A stretch of DNA of 63,697 nt, the filler included, from Lenisia limosa (taxonomy: Eukaryota; Protista; Breviatea), in the NCBI GenBank assembly GCA_001655205.1. It is 8 parts of 8 records of this genome, joined end to end, with 100 filler letters (N's around TTAATTAATTAA, not from the genome) between each part and the next. Parts side by side here need not be neighbours in the genome. Positions count along the whole stretch, not along the records: positions 46,209 to 50,156 come from LPNZ01010390.1; positions 50,257 to 53,536 come from LPNZ01000223.1; positions 53,637 to 57,479 come from LPNZ01001260.1; positions 57,580 to 63,697 come from LPNZ01005471.1; 4 more parts are not named here. The stretch is one strand, 5' to 3'. This document shows, piece by piece, positions 47,769-59,279 of this stretch (position 1 is its first letter; each line of letters starts with the position of its first letter). The position numbers were made by a program, and so were the translations under genes. The notes under the pieces were generated by a model. That model saw only the letters and a program-made list of their open reading frames with translations. It did not search any database and had not been told where the DNA came from.

Positions 47769-48236
47769 TTTCGTTCCACATTTGTTTTGCTTTTTTTTTT
47801 TTTATGTTTGTTTACCCTGTATAGTAGTGTTGATTTCAGTGTTTTGATTTGTGTTTGATTTAGATGTACATTATATGTTTCCCCATTAGTGAGATGTTCA
47901 ATCTAGGCTAATACCAGGTGGTGGGCACAGACTTATTTATTGATTACCTTGTGGGTGACAGAGTAACCAGCAGTTTTTGTTTCGAATTAGCAGGTGTTGT
48001 ACCAAATTTGCTCAAACATCCTTTTATTATTATTATTTTTGACAATATTACTTGTGTATTCAGCAGGTTTTTTTACCCCAATTCCTCACAAATCAAGGAA
48101 TTTTCATGCCTTCATGAAATGAAAGAGTTTTCAAATTATTTGATTCTCAAAGAGTTATATGTCACCTCTTTTTTCATAAATTGAAACCGATTTGCACCCA
48201 GTGAAATACGGGTACAAAAACACCAACTATACTCGG

Positions 48237-50068
48237 TCAAAAACACCTGCTAGTTACATTTTCCCATTTTCCCAACACATATCACTTGTATATTAAAAAG
48301 TTCACAAACAAACAGAACTACACACTGCAGCTTACTCATGTTTGAGCTTGAGGTAATCAGAATAGTGGAGGGAGCAAGGTACTCCCTGATACCTTTCAAG
48401 ACGCAGCTGGTCAAAGAATTCGATAGGGCAGTTTGCCTAAAGAGTTGTTGGATCGAAGAATTAATCGTTTTACCACAAGTAAACAATATCATGCAAAATA
48501 TGTACATAGTATACATATGAATGCGAAAACAAGAAAAATAATAAGTTATTTGTGTACGTGCATTCTTGTAAACAATTAATTGTTGGAGGAAATTGGTTAT
48601 TAAAAACAATAGAGTTCTTGTTACAGAATGACCAAATTCCAAAATAAATTTTTCAATATTCCATGGGAGTAATACCCCAGCGTTCTGGAAATAAAATTAT
48701 AATTCGACACAAATACCCCATGTAATAATATCAAGGTAACCGATTACCCAACATTATATCCAGCTTTATAGATGAGCTGTCTCATGGTTTGCTCCTTGTT
48801 CCATCCTAAGAAATGAATGGAGCAGCAAAGGCCACACCATGTTCCGAGGCAACCTCAGGAAGGAAAGTGGCATGTGCTGGGTTGCCAGTGTTGGGGTTCG
48901 TGAAGGTGATTGTCACTCCATGGGTTCCAACCTAAGTGAATAACAACAATAATGAGCTCCTATTACACAGAAATAGACAGGTAATTATACAGAGTAAGGT
49001 TGAAATACGGTGAATTAGGGTTGAAAAATATGTTGGGAGACGACAAGACTATATCTTACATACAGTCCAATCTTGCCAGTCTTTTGCGTCTTCAAAATCG
49101 GAAAGTAAAGTTACTGTCACCTGAATATCATCGGAAGTTAAGCCCAGTCAAAACTATATTTGGAAGAGGAGAGCAAGACAGAGTATCAAATGACCCCCCC
49201 CCCAAAAAAAAAATAATAATAATAAAAAAAAAAATTANNNNNNNNNNNNNNNNNNNNNNNNNNNNNNNNNNNNNNNNNNNNNNNNNNNNNNNNNNNNNNN
49301 NNNNNNNNNNNNNNNCACCTAATAATATGATATTCATTCATCAAGAAAAAAGAGCTCAAAAGTACAAAGTAATTGTCAAATAAAACAATATAATCATTCG
49401 TATGTTGCAATACATTTCCAAAACTCTTTCAAATAGAATCATCAAAAAAAACCCATATCCTGTGCCCGCGGTACCAACGTTGGGTGAAACTTTGACTTTG
49501 GTCATGTTAGTGTTTTGATAGTACCGTTCCACAAACCATTAAAGAAGGGATTTCGGATTTGTTGATTGGGTCAAAGCGATGGTCTTTACTAGCGCTATAC
49601 AACATTAAATGTTGATTCTAAGTTTACCTGATGAGAGCATATTCCCCAAGACCGGTTTGCAGGTTAAGGTCTCCGAAGTTTCCAATGCATCCTCGAAGGG
49701 CCTATCTCGTCATCACTACGGACGAAAGGAATAGCACTCACCTTCTTGGGGTCATTTGCAGACTTTGCTTTGTTCCATGTGACAAAGAGAGGGCTGTGTC
49801 ATTATAGAAACCAGAATCAAATTCATGCCATCCTTTTTATCATTTAATATATATCACAATAATTGGTAACTCTTGGAGGTTCTAGGTATCGTGACCATTA
49901 CAACTCCCTCCTACCTCTTAACTTTTGGAATGTCTGTTTTTGCAGGTTCAGGGGACTGACACAGAAAATGTTCTAAAGGGCATGAAGGGTATTATACCCT
50001 TCAAATAAGGGAGGGAGCTAACCAAGAGTAGCAAAGCAATAAGCACAAAGTTCAGTTGTTGCCTTCAT
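48237..50068 (-). CDS. AMMECR1: AMMECR1-family protein
   Basis: MKATTELCAYCFATL; PLFVTW; LRGCIGNF; DHRFDPI; VTLLSDFEDAKDWQDW; VGTHGVTI; ATFLPEVASEHGWNK..LIYKAGY; LERYQG. Confidence 0.95.
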
Positions 50069-50257
50069 CTTCTGCTTTCAAGTTTCCTTTGATGCCACTG
50101 AGGTCACGCAATTTATTTTTACGATATCGGCAAGTGGGTTGATCAGGCTCCTTGATNNNNNNNNNNNNNNNNNNNNNNNNNNNNNNNNNNNNNNNNNNNN
50201 TTAATTAATTAANNNNNNNNNNNNNNNNNNNNNNNNNNNNNNNNNNNNNNNNNNNNG

Positions 50258-51845
50258 TACATATGACGGATGGGCATCCAATTCATTCAGGTCCTGAGGT
50301 TTGTTGCAACATATGATCATATGCGTCTTATTCTTCAGTCGGTTCTTACACATTACAATCTATTTGGGTTACTCGGAGGCCTTGAGCCTTCCTTAACTTC
50401 TCAAAATTTCCAGGTGAGTCAGTGGTGAAGCAGCTCAAAAGCTTATTGTTTGCCACATTAACTGATTGAATGTAGTCAAATGATTCACATCTTCATGCCA
50501 ATATGAATTTCAAACTAAGGAAGCTAATTGACGACCATCAGAAGGTCTATGGAACAAGGTGGGTACCTTGTTTATTTCTTCTTGTTTCCTTGGTGTAAAT
50601 TTGATGATACTCACGGATACGTTCAGAATTACCGAAGAACAAATTGCAGATATGGTTCGATCTGTTCTGGAGTATCCCACTACAGAAACCATCAAAGCGT
50701 CTACCAAGGCTTGTGGGTTCTCAGCTGCAGGTTATGATCCCTTTGCTATTGAAAAGAAGCTCTACTTGCCCGGAAGAGCTTATCGCGGAGATTTGCCATC
50801 GTCACAAGATCCCAATTACTTGAAAGATTTATTCACACCCTTCAATATGAGCACACCCCCAGGGTCGGCAAACCTCTCACTCATGAGTCCTGCCTTTTGG
50901 GAGTTCAATATAGAGCTACCAAAAGAGAGGAAGCAGAACTAAGAACCGAACTCGCGGAATGTCCAACTGTCATTGAATTTGAAGATGAAGTCAAAATTTG
51001 TGAGAGAACTNNNNNNNNNNTCAGCTGCAGGTTATGATCCCTTTGCTATTGAAAAGAAGCTCTACTTGCCCGGAAGAGCTTATCGCGGAGATTTGCCATC
51101 GTCACAAGATCCCAATTACTTGAAAGATTTATTCACACCCTTCAATATGAGCACACCCCCAGGGTCGGCAAACCTCTCACTCATGAGTCCTGCCTTTTGG
51201 GAGTTCAAGGATAGAGCTACCAAAAGAGAGGAAGCAGAACTAAGAACCGAGCTCGCGGAATGTCCAACTGTCATTGAATTTGAAGATGAAGTCAAAATTT
51301 GTGAGAGAACTCGACTTCAAGCTGAAGAGCAGGGCCTTTCTGAGAAGGTTTCCATCGTGGCAACCGGGGCTGCCCTGGCTGGTCTGCACTCAACTTCACC
51401 GTCACACACCGCATCAATATTTTGCAGGGTGAACGGACTAGTCCATCAGCTGTCTGAAGAGGAAGCAACCGCGGCTGCTGAAATTGCTACTGAAGCCATT
51501 GGTCTGGGCCCACTGGATACAATGGGTCAAGACAAAACAGTTCGCACAGTTTGGGCGACCCCTGGTGTGTCTCTTGTCGAGAGAAAGGAAGGCCAGATTT
51601 TGGTCTGGAAAGACGAACTACCCCAAAGAAAGCCAAGAANNNNNNNNNNCGGCGACCCCTGGTGTGTCTCTAGAGAAAGGAAGGCCAGATTTTGGTCTGG
51701 AAAGACGAACTACCCCAAAGAAAGCCAAGAACCCCAAAGCTTGCCAAGAAGGACGGAGTCGCGTTGGGACCAGCCGCGATTGAGGCCACTGGCGGACTCA
51801 AAGCAATCCGGAGAAAGCAACAGCTTGGTAAGAAATGCTCATTAA
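50258..51845 (+). mobile_element. Divergent pogo/DDE_1-like transposase-related ORF with introns; region partly duplicated by assembly
   Basis: YDGWASN | ..LEPSLTSQNFQ|SND..NFKL | ITEEQIADMVRSVL..TIKASTKACGF resembles the LDGHSSH..LP..T..LQPLD..FK..TIxxxFxxxG series of DDE_1. Donors GTGAGT ~50414 and GTGGGT ~50560. Confidence 0.55.
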
Positions 51846-51869
51846 AATTAATAATTCTTATCTTTTTAG

Positions 51870-52035
51870 AGGCCACTAGAGGGAATGGAAGAGGAAGAGG
51901 AAGGGGAAGAGGAAGAGGAAGAGGAAGAGGAAGAGGAGGAAGACAAGTTAAAGCCCACAATGGTNNNNNNNNNNGGGAAGAGGAAGGGGAAGAGGAAGAG
52001 GAAGAGGAAGAGGAAGAGGAAGAGGAAGAGGAGGA
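51870..52035. repeat. (GAGGAA)n microsatellite
   Basis: GGAAGA hexamer runs on both sides of a 10-N gap. Confidence 0.95.
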
Positions 52036-52494
52036 AGACAAGTTAAAGCCCACAATGGTCATTCTGGAAGCGAAGGTATTATACTGTTAGACTGTTCATC
52101 ATCTTTAGATAGCGATTCTTCTGACAATGGTGTTGAAGCAAACGACACAATAAGTGGGTATTTCGCTATCTTTTCTATTATGGTTTACCATTTAGTGCCA
52201 ACTCGTAGAAGAGGAAGAGGAAGAGGTGCTACACGGTTGTAATTGGTTGATATGTGTGTTCATTTTTTGAAAAATATAGTGTGATTTGAAAATTCAGTGA
52301 TGACATTTACTGTTTTGAAAATATTTACTTTAAAATTGCCATTAACTATCAAAAGATTTAATTTGGAAAAGAAAAAGAGAAAAAAAAAACTCCCAAAAAA
52401 AAACCAGAATTACCGAAAAAACCAGAATTTTGAACGGACGTATATGATATGTAGCTATATGATATCATATATTTTTTTGCATATTTCCAACTTA

Positions 52495-53400
52495 GTGTTG
52501 GCCAGAGGCTCGAGGGATCTGATAAAGCTGCTGCTCGATGTTGGCCGATCCTTCACTAGGGAGTCATCACTGAATAGTCAGAATAAAAGATTCTCTTCTA
52601 GCGGAAGATAAAGCTCAATAAACGTGTCATGGCTTTCGTGGTCTGTTTATACCACCCCACCTTTGAAAGTCGCTGTCGTCTTCGTCACTCTCTTCAATAA
52701 CTAAGAATAATAAGACTGTCCCTACAAGCAGGGTAGATAAAAAATACAAGAACATTAAAAATGTTTAAAGGTAATGGGGTGCCGGGAATTATCAGAAGAA
52801 AACAAATCAATATAACTAGATTACTTATTTGATTTCTCATCCAGTAAATAAAAACTATTTTTGTCATTAAACAAAAATACAGACACACTACATGTTATAT
52901 ATGATGTATGTGGCGGAAGTATGCGGCTGGGTGATTATTTACATATTATATCAAAATCCCACAAGATGAGACACCTTTGGGTGCGAGCTCATGTAAAGAC
53001 ATGACAGCTGAATTAGGTCGACTAGTTTCGGGTTCAGATCCTTCTTCAATGGTTACGGACAGGACGTTGTCTTGAACCAAGCTGTTACCTTCAAACGTGA
53101 AAAGTGGGGATAGAAGTGTGTGATGAGGTGCATAATTGTCTTGATCCCATTCAGTGGCACACAAATGCCGTGTAAAATATCACAGAACCAACAATAAGTC
53201 ATCATGTCCTCTAGAATCCTATTCTTTTTGAGCATTATTAGTTAATCATCATAAAAGTACTGGAGCAACATTTTAAGCCCACTCAGTTCACCACGCAAAT
53301 GCGGCGTCATCGAAGAAGCCGAGAGACTTCGCCGCCTTGAGGACCCCAATGAAGTAACTGAACGCCGACGATCTGTGGAGCCTGGAAGGGGATAAAAACG
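52495..53400 (-). CDS. Uncharacterised multi-exon gene fragment
   Basis: LHRSSAFSYFIGVLKAAKSLGFFDDAAFAW; TEWDQDNYAPHHTLLSPLFTFEGNSLVQDNVL; GT-AG boundaries. Confidence 0.4.
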
Positions 53401-53636
53401 AAGGAAATATTTGGATCCATCCTTGAAAAAAGAGCGTTAGCGTTACCTGAAATCAATTGTTCTAGGATATAAAGTGTGTATATATAGTCAAAATGCGGAT
53501 CACTGGACAAAATGCGGATCAGTGGACAAAATGCGGNNNNNNNNNNNNNNNNNNNNNNNNNNNNNNNNNNNNNNNNNNNNTTAATTAATTAANNNNNNNN
53601 NNNNNNNNNNNNNNNNNNNNNNNNNNNNNNNNNNNN

Positions 53637-53707
53637 CCGGGATAAGTCTTGACCGATTTGCAATTGATTTTCCAAGGAAAATCGGTCAAGACTTATCCCG
53701 GTCACTG
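53637..53707. mobile_element. MITE family A, left end lost in a gap
   Basis: CCGGGATAAGTCTTGACCGATTT...AAATCGGTCAAGACTTATCCCGGTCACTG. Confidence 0.88.
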
Positions 53708-54009
53708 CATATAAAGGGTCTGGTATTCCTTTTTTAGTTATAGATACATATATTATCTCATATTATGTAATATTATATTGATATAAATGGGCTTAATTCC
53801 ACTCATCCTTACCCCCACCCCATAATTTCTCCCTCTTTACCCATTAAGCGCGTTCATCCAAAAAGACACCTACGTCATGCTGGTTGCTTACCCGTAGGCA
53901 AGTGTAATCTTGGCTGAATTGTTTGAATAGTTTTCTTGTTGTTTTCTTGTTTTTTTTTGGGTGTACGCTGGAGTAATGGGATGCGGTGCGGGGTCGGTTT
54001 TATTATGGC

Positions 54010-54305
54010 TCCAATATCTCTGATAAGTGTGATGGTGTGGACAGCTTCGGCCTGATATCTAATAAATGATGGTATAATCCAATATCTCTGATAAGTGTGA
54101 TGGTAGACGGCCAAAAATACTATTATCCTTTTATTTCTCATTTATTTCTACTATAACTATGGTATTGGTTGGAGTTTTAATTATCATTTGGATGGATTCT
54201 ATCATGTCATTTTATTTTTTCTTTTATTGTGGGCTGCTAAATGATCAGTGTTTTATTGCTTTAATAAGCGTGATGGGGCTTCGGCCAGATACAACCTTAT
54301 TATTT
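54010..54305 (+). repeat. Cluster of three family-U repeats
   Basis: CCAATATCTCTGATAAGTGTGATGGTGTGGACAGCTTCGGCC (~54012), a second partial copy (~54079) and TAATAAGCGTGATGGGGCTTCGGCCAGATACAACCTT (~54263). Confidence 0.85.
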
Positions 54306-55003
54306 TGCTGTATATTTATTATGATTTTAGCGTGGGGCCCACAGACCAAGTTGTTGTCATTCACGCAGCCTTCCAACCACTCGAGGTGTAGAGATAGGAG
54401 TTTTATATATTTAGACTGGATTGTTCAGATGGAATTCGCTTCTTTTGAGTGCCTGCTGAGTTTTTCCCATTTTTTTTTCTCCCATATTATACATAATACA
54501 TATCATATGATATAATAATAGGAGGCGTACACCCTTGAGAGTTGTTTTGTTGGTTGTTGATTGTGAAAGGACTGTATCTTTCTGTATAAGCATTTGCCCA
54601 AATATTTTTGTTTTTATTCTTTGTCAATTTTACCCCCCCTATTGATGATTCTGAACAAGTTGATGATGATCATATGGAAAGCAGTAGGGATGAAAGGAAA
54701 TAAAGGGCTTCTATTGTGTACCATCTATTCTGATTCATTTGAGGAAGGAAAATTGTAATACGCAAAGAGGGGAATCATGGAATAAAGAGCAGCGGGAAGC
54801 CAAGAAGATCCATATCGGTGAACGATTCAATCCTCTCACCTAGTTCACATGCCACTGGCAAGAAAAGCAAGACCAAAAAGAGACAGGGAAACGAAGGAGA
54901 AGAGCTCAAAATAAAGAAACATGTTCGAATAATAAACTGAACCCCGTATGTTTTGTCAGAGGCAATTGTATCAGGTTGATGTAAGATTTACAACTTAAAC
55001 ACC

Positions 55004-55605
55004 CTAAACACGGCCGGCAGCCTTGCGAGCGATGAGGTCAGTACGGTTCTTGTCCTCGGCGATCTTGGTGATAGTGAGGTTGGAAGCGTTGAAAGGGATC
55101 TTGAAGGGAGTGCCGTTCTTCTTGTCCTTAGAGAGACCCTCAATGTAGACGCAGTACTTCTTACGGTAGACCTCAACAACCTTGCCGGACTTGCCCTTGT
55201 TAGAGCCGCAACGGATGGTGACCTCGTCGTCCTTACGGATGGGGAGAGCGCGAACCTTGAAAGTCACAACAGTTCACAAAAAAAAAAAAAACATACGGAG
55301 TGCTNNNNNNNNNNNNNNNNNNNNNNNNNNNNNNNNNNNNNNNNNNNNNNNNNNNNNNNNNNNNNNNNNNNNNNNNNNNNNNNNNNNNNNNNNNNNNNNN
55401 NNNNNNNNNNNNNNNNNNNNNTACGCTTGCGACGCTCGTGAGAAGGAGCGGTGAAATGAGCCTTGCGCTGCTTGTTGCGGTCGGAAGTGACGGCTATATT
55501 CATTAGAAAAATCCAAGGAAAAGGATAGTTTCAGAACTAGAATCAGAACCTATTCCAAAAAAACCCGCAATCCAAATGGTCCCACTCACTGCTATGGGTC
55601 TTCAT
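55004..55605 (-). CDS. RPL26: 60S ribosomal protein L26 (uL24)
   Basis: MKTHS|TVTSDRNKQRKAHFTAPSHERRKR..(gap)..|VRALPIRKDDEVTIRCGSNKGKSGKVVEVYRKKYCVYIEG..RKAAGRV*. Intron 55494-55589 is GTGAGT..CTAAT..TAG. Confidence 0.97.
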
Positions 55606-56600
55606 GATTACTCTGCCTAAAAAGAAAGGTGAGAAAGGAACTACAGAAAAAAAAAGAATAATAGATGAAAAACTATCAATACAACCTTTGAAACGTATAG
55701 AATACACTAACTTGTTCAACAACTCAACTAAACTCCTCAAACCTCACGAGAAAAGGTCGATATGAAAAATAAAATCTTGTAAAAAGCAAATGAACTGGAC
55801 TGAACTGAACTTCCGTGAATTTGCTATCAGGCATTCCTTTTACTTGGCTTATTTCTTCTTGTTGTGGGGCTAGTGATACAAAAGTTAAACAACAGGGTTA
55901 TTTAAAATAAAAGACTGCGTTAATCTTGCGTTGCAACCTTCTCTTGGTGTGTATTTTCCTCGAAAGTCTTCAGTATGGGCTTGAGTTCCTTTAGCCTGTG
56001 TCTTGTGGCATTAATATTTTCAAATATAGTCATTCCGGTGTTATCTGACGTAACTAACCCAAGAAACATTGGAGGATTTGTTAAAGATGAAGCCCTTCGG
56101 TCCTCTTCGGTTGGCAGTCTGTTGTAGCAATTAATAAAAAACTCAAATTTATAGGAAGCTTCCGTTATCAAGTCCCCCCTTCCGCACACCTACCTAAAGG
56201 AGTCAGAGATCCCCGGAAACTTCACTTGGTTGGAAGGGGTGTGGAGTCTCATGTCTATTACAATATCAAAGTTGTATACGATACGATAATAATTGTACAA
56301 ATGTAACAAATAGTCCGAATTGTGGTATAAGATCCTTCGGTACATTTTTCTCGCATAACTCACTTGATTCTGTGTGGAATGCAGATGAGCAAAGTACTGC
56401 TTGAACACGCACACCGTTCCTGTTTTGATATGACATATCTTTTTTTTTTCTGTGAAATAGATTCAGGGATTTGGTGTTATTGGGTGGTTTATTGGGTTCC
56501 TATCTGTTGAATTGTGAGCGTTGTTGTTTTTGTTTCTCTATCACGCTTGGAGAAATTGAATTGTTTGATTTAAGAAATTTACATCAAACAAGGTTGTATC

Positions 56601-56655
56601 TAGGGCTTCACTCCGGTTAGAAAAAGACTGCTAAAATATATCAAGAAATTCACTC
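56601..56655. mobile_element. hAT-like MITE family B, partial
   Basis: TAGGGCTTCACTCCGGTTAGAAAAAGACTG; no right TIR. Confidence 0.65.
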
Positions 56656-56786
56656 TTTTTGCGAATCGAAGTGAATCTGACTGAATCAATCTACAACATA
56701 AGACTGTTTAACAGAGATATTTGGAATATATTAATGCTGGGCACAGGGTTGTATGGCAATTTATTGGATTATTACTATACTATAAT

Positions 56787-56872
56787 TAGGGCTTCACTTC
56801 GGTGAAATTCTCGATAAATCCTCGAAAACTATCTATATTTTACGGTCTTTTTCGAACCGAAGTGTAGCCCTA
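56787..56872. mobile_element. hAT-like MITE family B inserted into the 5' end of a family-U repeat
   Basis: ACTATAAT|TAGGGCTTCACTTCGG...CCGAAGTGTAGCCCTA|ACTATAAT, followed by CCAATATCTCTTATTAGCGTGATAG. Confidence 0.92.
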
Positions 56873-59279
56873 ACTATAATCCAATATCTCTTATTAGCGT
56901 GATAGTATGGACAGCTTCGACCAACCACCTGTTTTTGTTTCGCATCTCCACATATTTTTTACAAACTACGATTTTCTTTGGGAAATCATGAAGCAAATCA
57001 GTCAAATCTTACTCTGGTCACTATATCATATGTATAATATAATATATGTATCTCATGAGCGTGATGGTATACGGCTTTGTTCAGATACCTCGCTGCTTCA
57101 TTTTTCATCCTTGTTTATTTCATCCTCATTTCCCAGGGCCAATGTCAATGGTGTCAACTTTTTATCGCCGATTAGAAGTTTGGGGGATCACGAAATGGAC
57201 GGGGGTAAAACGAAGGAAATTTCGATGAAGAATATTGGCAAAAAGGTACTATTCAGAATCGAATAATCTGAAACTCCAATCAACCAATAAACAAAAATAA
57301 ACAAGCAATAACCAACATGGCAAAAGTTGGTATTGCTATTTCATGAATGAGGGGAGTCGTAGTTTTGATCATTTCCGCGACAGTTTTAGCGTTGGTTGCT
57401 CGCGTTTGTTTTTTTGTTTGTTTGGAGTTTCAAATAATTCGGTTCGTGATTAGTACCTTTACGCCAATATTCTTCATCGNNNNNNNNNNNNNNNNNNNNN
57501 NNNNNNNNNNNNNNNNNNNNNNNTTAATTAATTAANNNNNNNNNNNNNNNNNNNNNNNNNNNNNNNNNNNNNNNNNNNNCTGTTGACGACTGAGGGCGTG
57601 GCTTCACCGTGCTCACTGTAAATGGGTTAAAACAAGTGCCCTTGTGACAGTTTTTAAAAATTGAGATTCATACTTGACAGTTACACTTATTTTGTCAACT
57701 ATAAGTGTAAAAATAATAAAAACAACCCTAACAGTGCCAAGAACGGTTTGAGAAAGAAATGAGAAATATATCAGAAACTCCACACCCCAAACCCCAACTC
57801 AAATTCATATTTTCACTTTTTCCACCTCATTTCAAATTTCAATTTCATTAAAGCATCCCCCCTCTCCCCCATACTTGGTCGTCTGGCCGTTAAAGTGGTC
57901 CTTTTTGGGCCAATAGAGGTTGAGGCATTTGTGCTGTCACCGTCCTCAGTTTTTTCCCCGGAACTCCTTGTAGTTGTTGGTTTCGATGTTGTCCGAGGTT
58001 TGGTACTGGGTGATTAGTATTTGGCTTTCAAGAAATTTAACCTAGGGAAACAAGTAAATCATAGAATATTAAATGTTGGAATGACTATATAATACCATAT
58101 AGAGAAATTGGCCGAAGCCGTCCACACCATTACACTTGTTCGAAAAATTGGATAATAGTATAGTATTAATCCAACAAATGACTGTACATAATACACCAGC
58201 TCTTATAAGCATGATCAGTGGCCCAGAATACACCAGCTCTTATAGGCCCAGAATACATATTTCTTATTTCAACACTACACCCAAAAAACAGTTGGAAATC
58301 AACAAAAACAAACAAAAAGAACATTGTTTACCATTATAATTTATTTCCACTCATAACCAAACATCCACCTTTACTTTTCCTCCATTCAGCTAAACAACAA
58401 GAAAACACAAGGCTATCAATCGATACCATGTTAGGTTTATGTCTAACACTTATTAAGATCAGTCAAACGTCACTTGCGAGCGACCCACTATCCCCCCCAC
58501 CCCCGAACAAAAACACAAAAATAAAAAGAAGAATGCACGAGTGACTAAGAGGAGCTCACCTCGAGATCGGACGTCTCACTGACGAGGCTGGCTTCCTTCC
58601 GCGGTCAGCCATTGGTCTAACGGTCTAATAACACCTCTTAATGTGAACCAACAGGAAGGACGCCGTGATAACGGCTTCAGGAAGAGAAGTACTGGCTGAT
58701 CTCTGTTCCTTTAAAGGCAGATTGGTCTTCTTCTCTTTAGTTAAATTCAACAACAAAGATAAAATATACAACTAATATCAATTGGAAGAAAGGAAAAAAG
58801 GAAGAGAAGTTTTCAGATAAAAGGAACAAATACCAAAAAGTTATCCATCCACCAGATTGTTTTATTGTGTGTTTTTACCTTTAAAAAAATAAAACCTCAA
58901 CTATGTCAGGAAACTTTGCTCGTTCAACTCCCTCCCCCAGTCCTGGTAAGACCTACGACTGTTGCTAAGAAGTGTGGGCTTCTTCAACAAATGATGCAAT
59001 TATGACTCATCTCTAAACGACTAAAAGACTGGTGAAATATTGTTATTTATCTGTCTGTGATTGTAGCCCTGCTAACTTGCTGCTAACAAAGAAACCTCTT
59101 GCTGTAACATGAATAGTATACATCCCCACGCGAAACGAACAAGAAAACTAAAACAGAAAGGCGCAACACAGCGACAAGCCAGGCCGGGCCGGGGGGGGGG
59201 GATGGGGCGGGGGNNNNNNNNNNNNNNNNNNNNNNNNNNNNNNNNNNNNNNNNNNNNNNNNNNNNNNNNNNNNNNNNNG

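Noticed and set aside
50721-51310. 290-bp tandem duplication (and 51556-51730) in the pogo-like ORF
   Set aside because: Copies abut 10-N gaps and differ by only a few bases. Most likely overlapping contig ends or haplotypes, not a true duplication; the frameshift in the first copy is unreliable.
51670-52090. RG-rich, poly-E and poly-S ORFs
   Set aside because: Translations of the (GAGGAA)n microsatellite.
20894-57535. Recurrent TTAATTAATTAA 12-mer as a biological motif or CRISPR-like repeat
   Set aside because: Always centred in 44+44 Ns; a scaffolding spacer.
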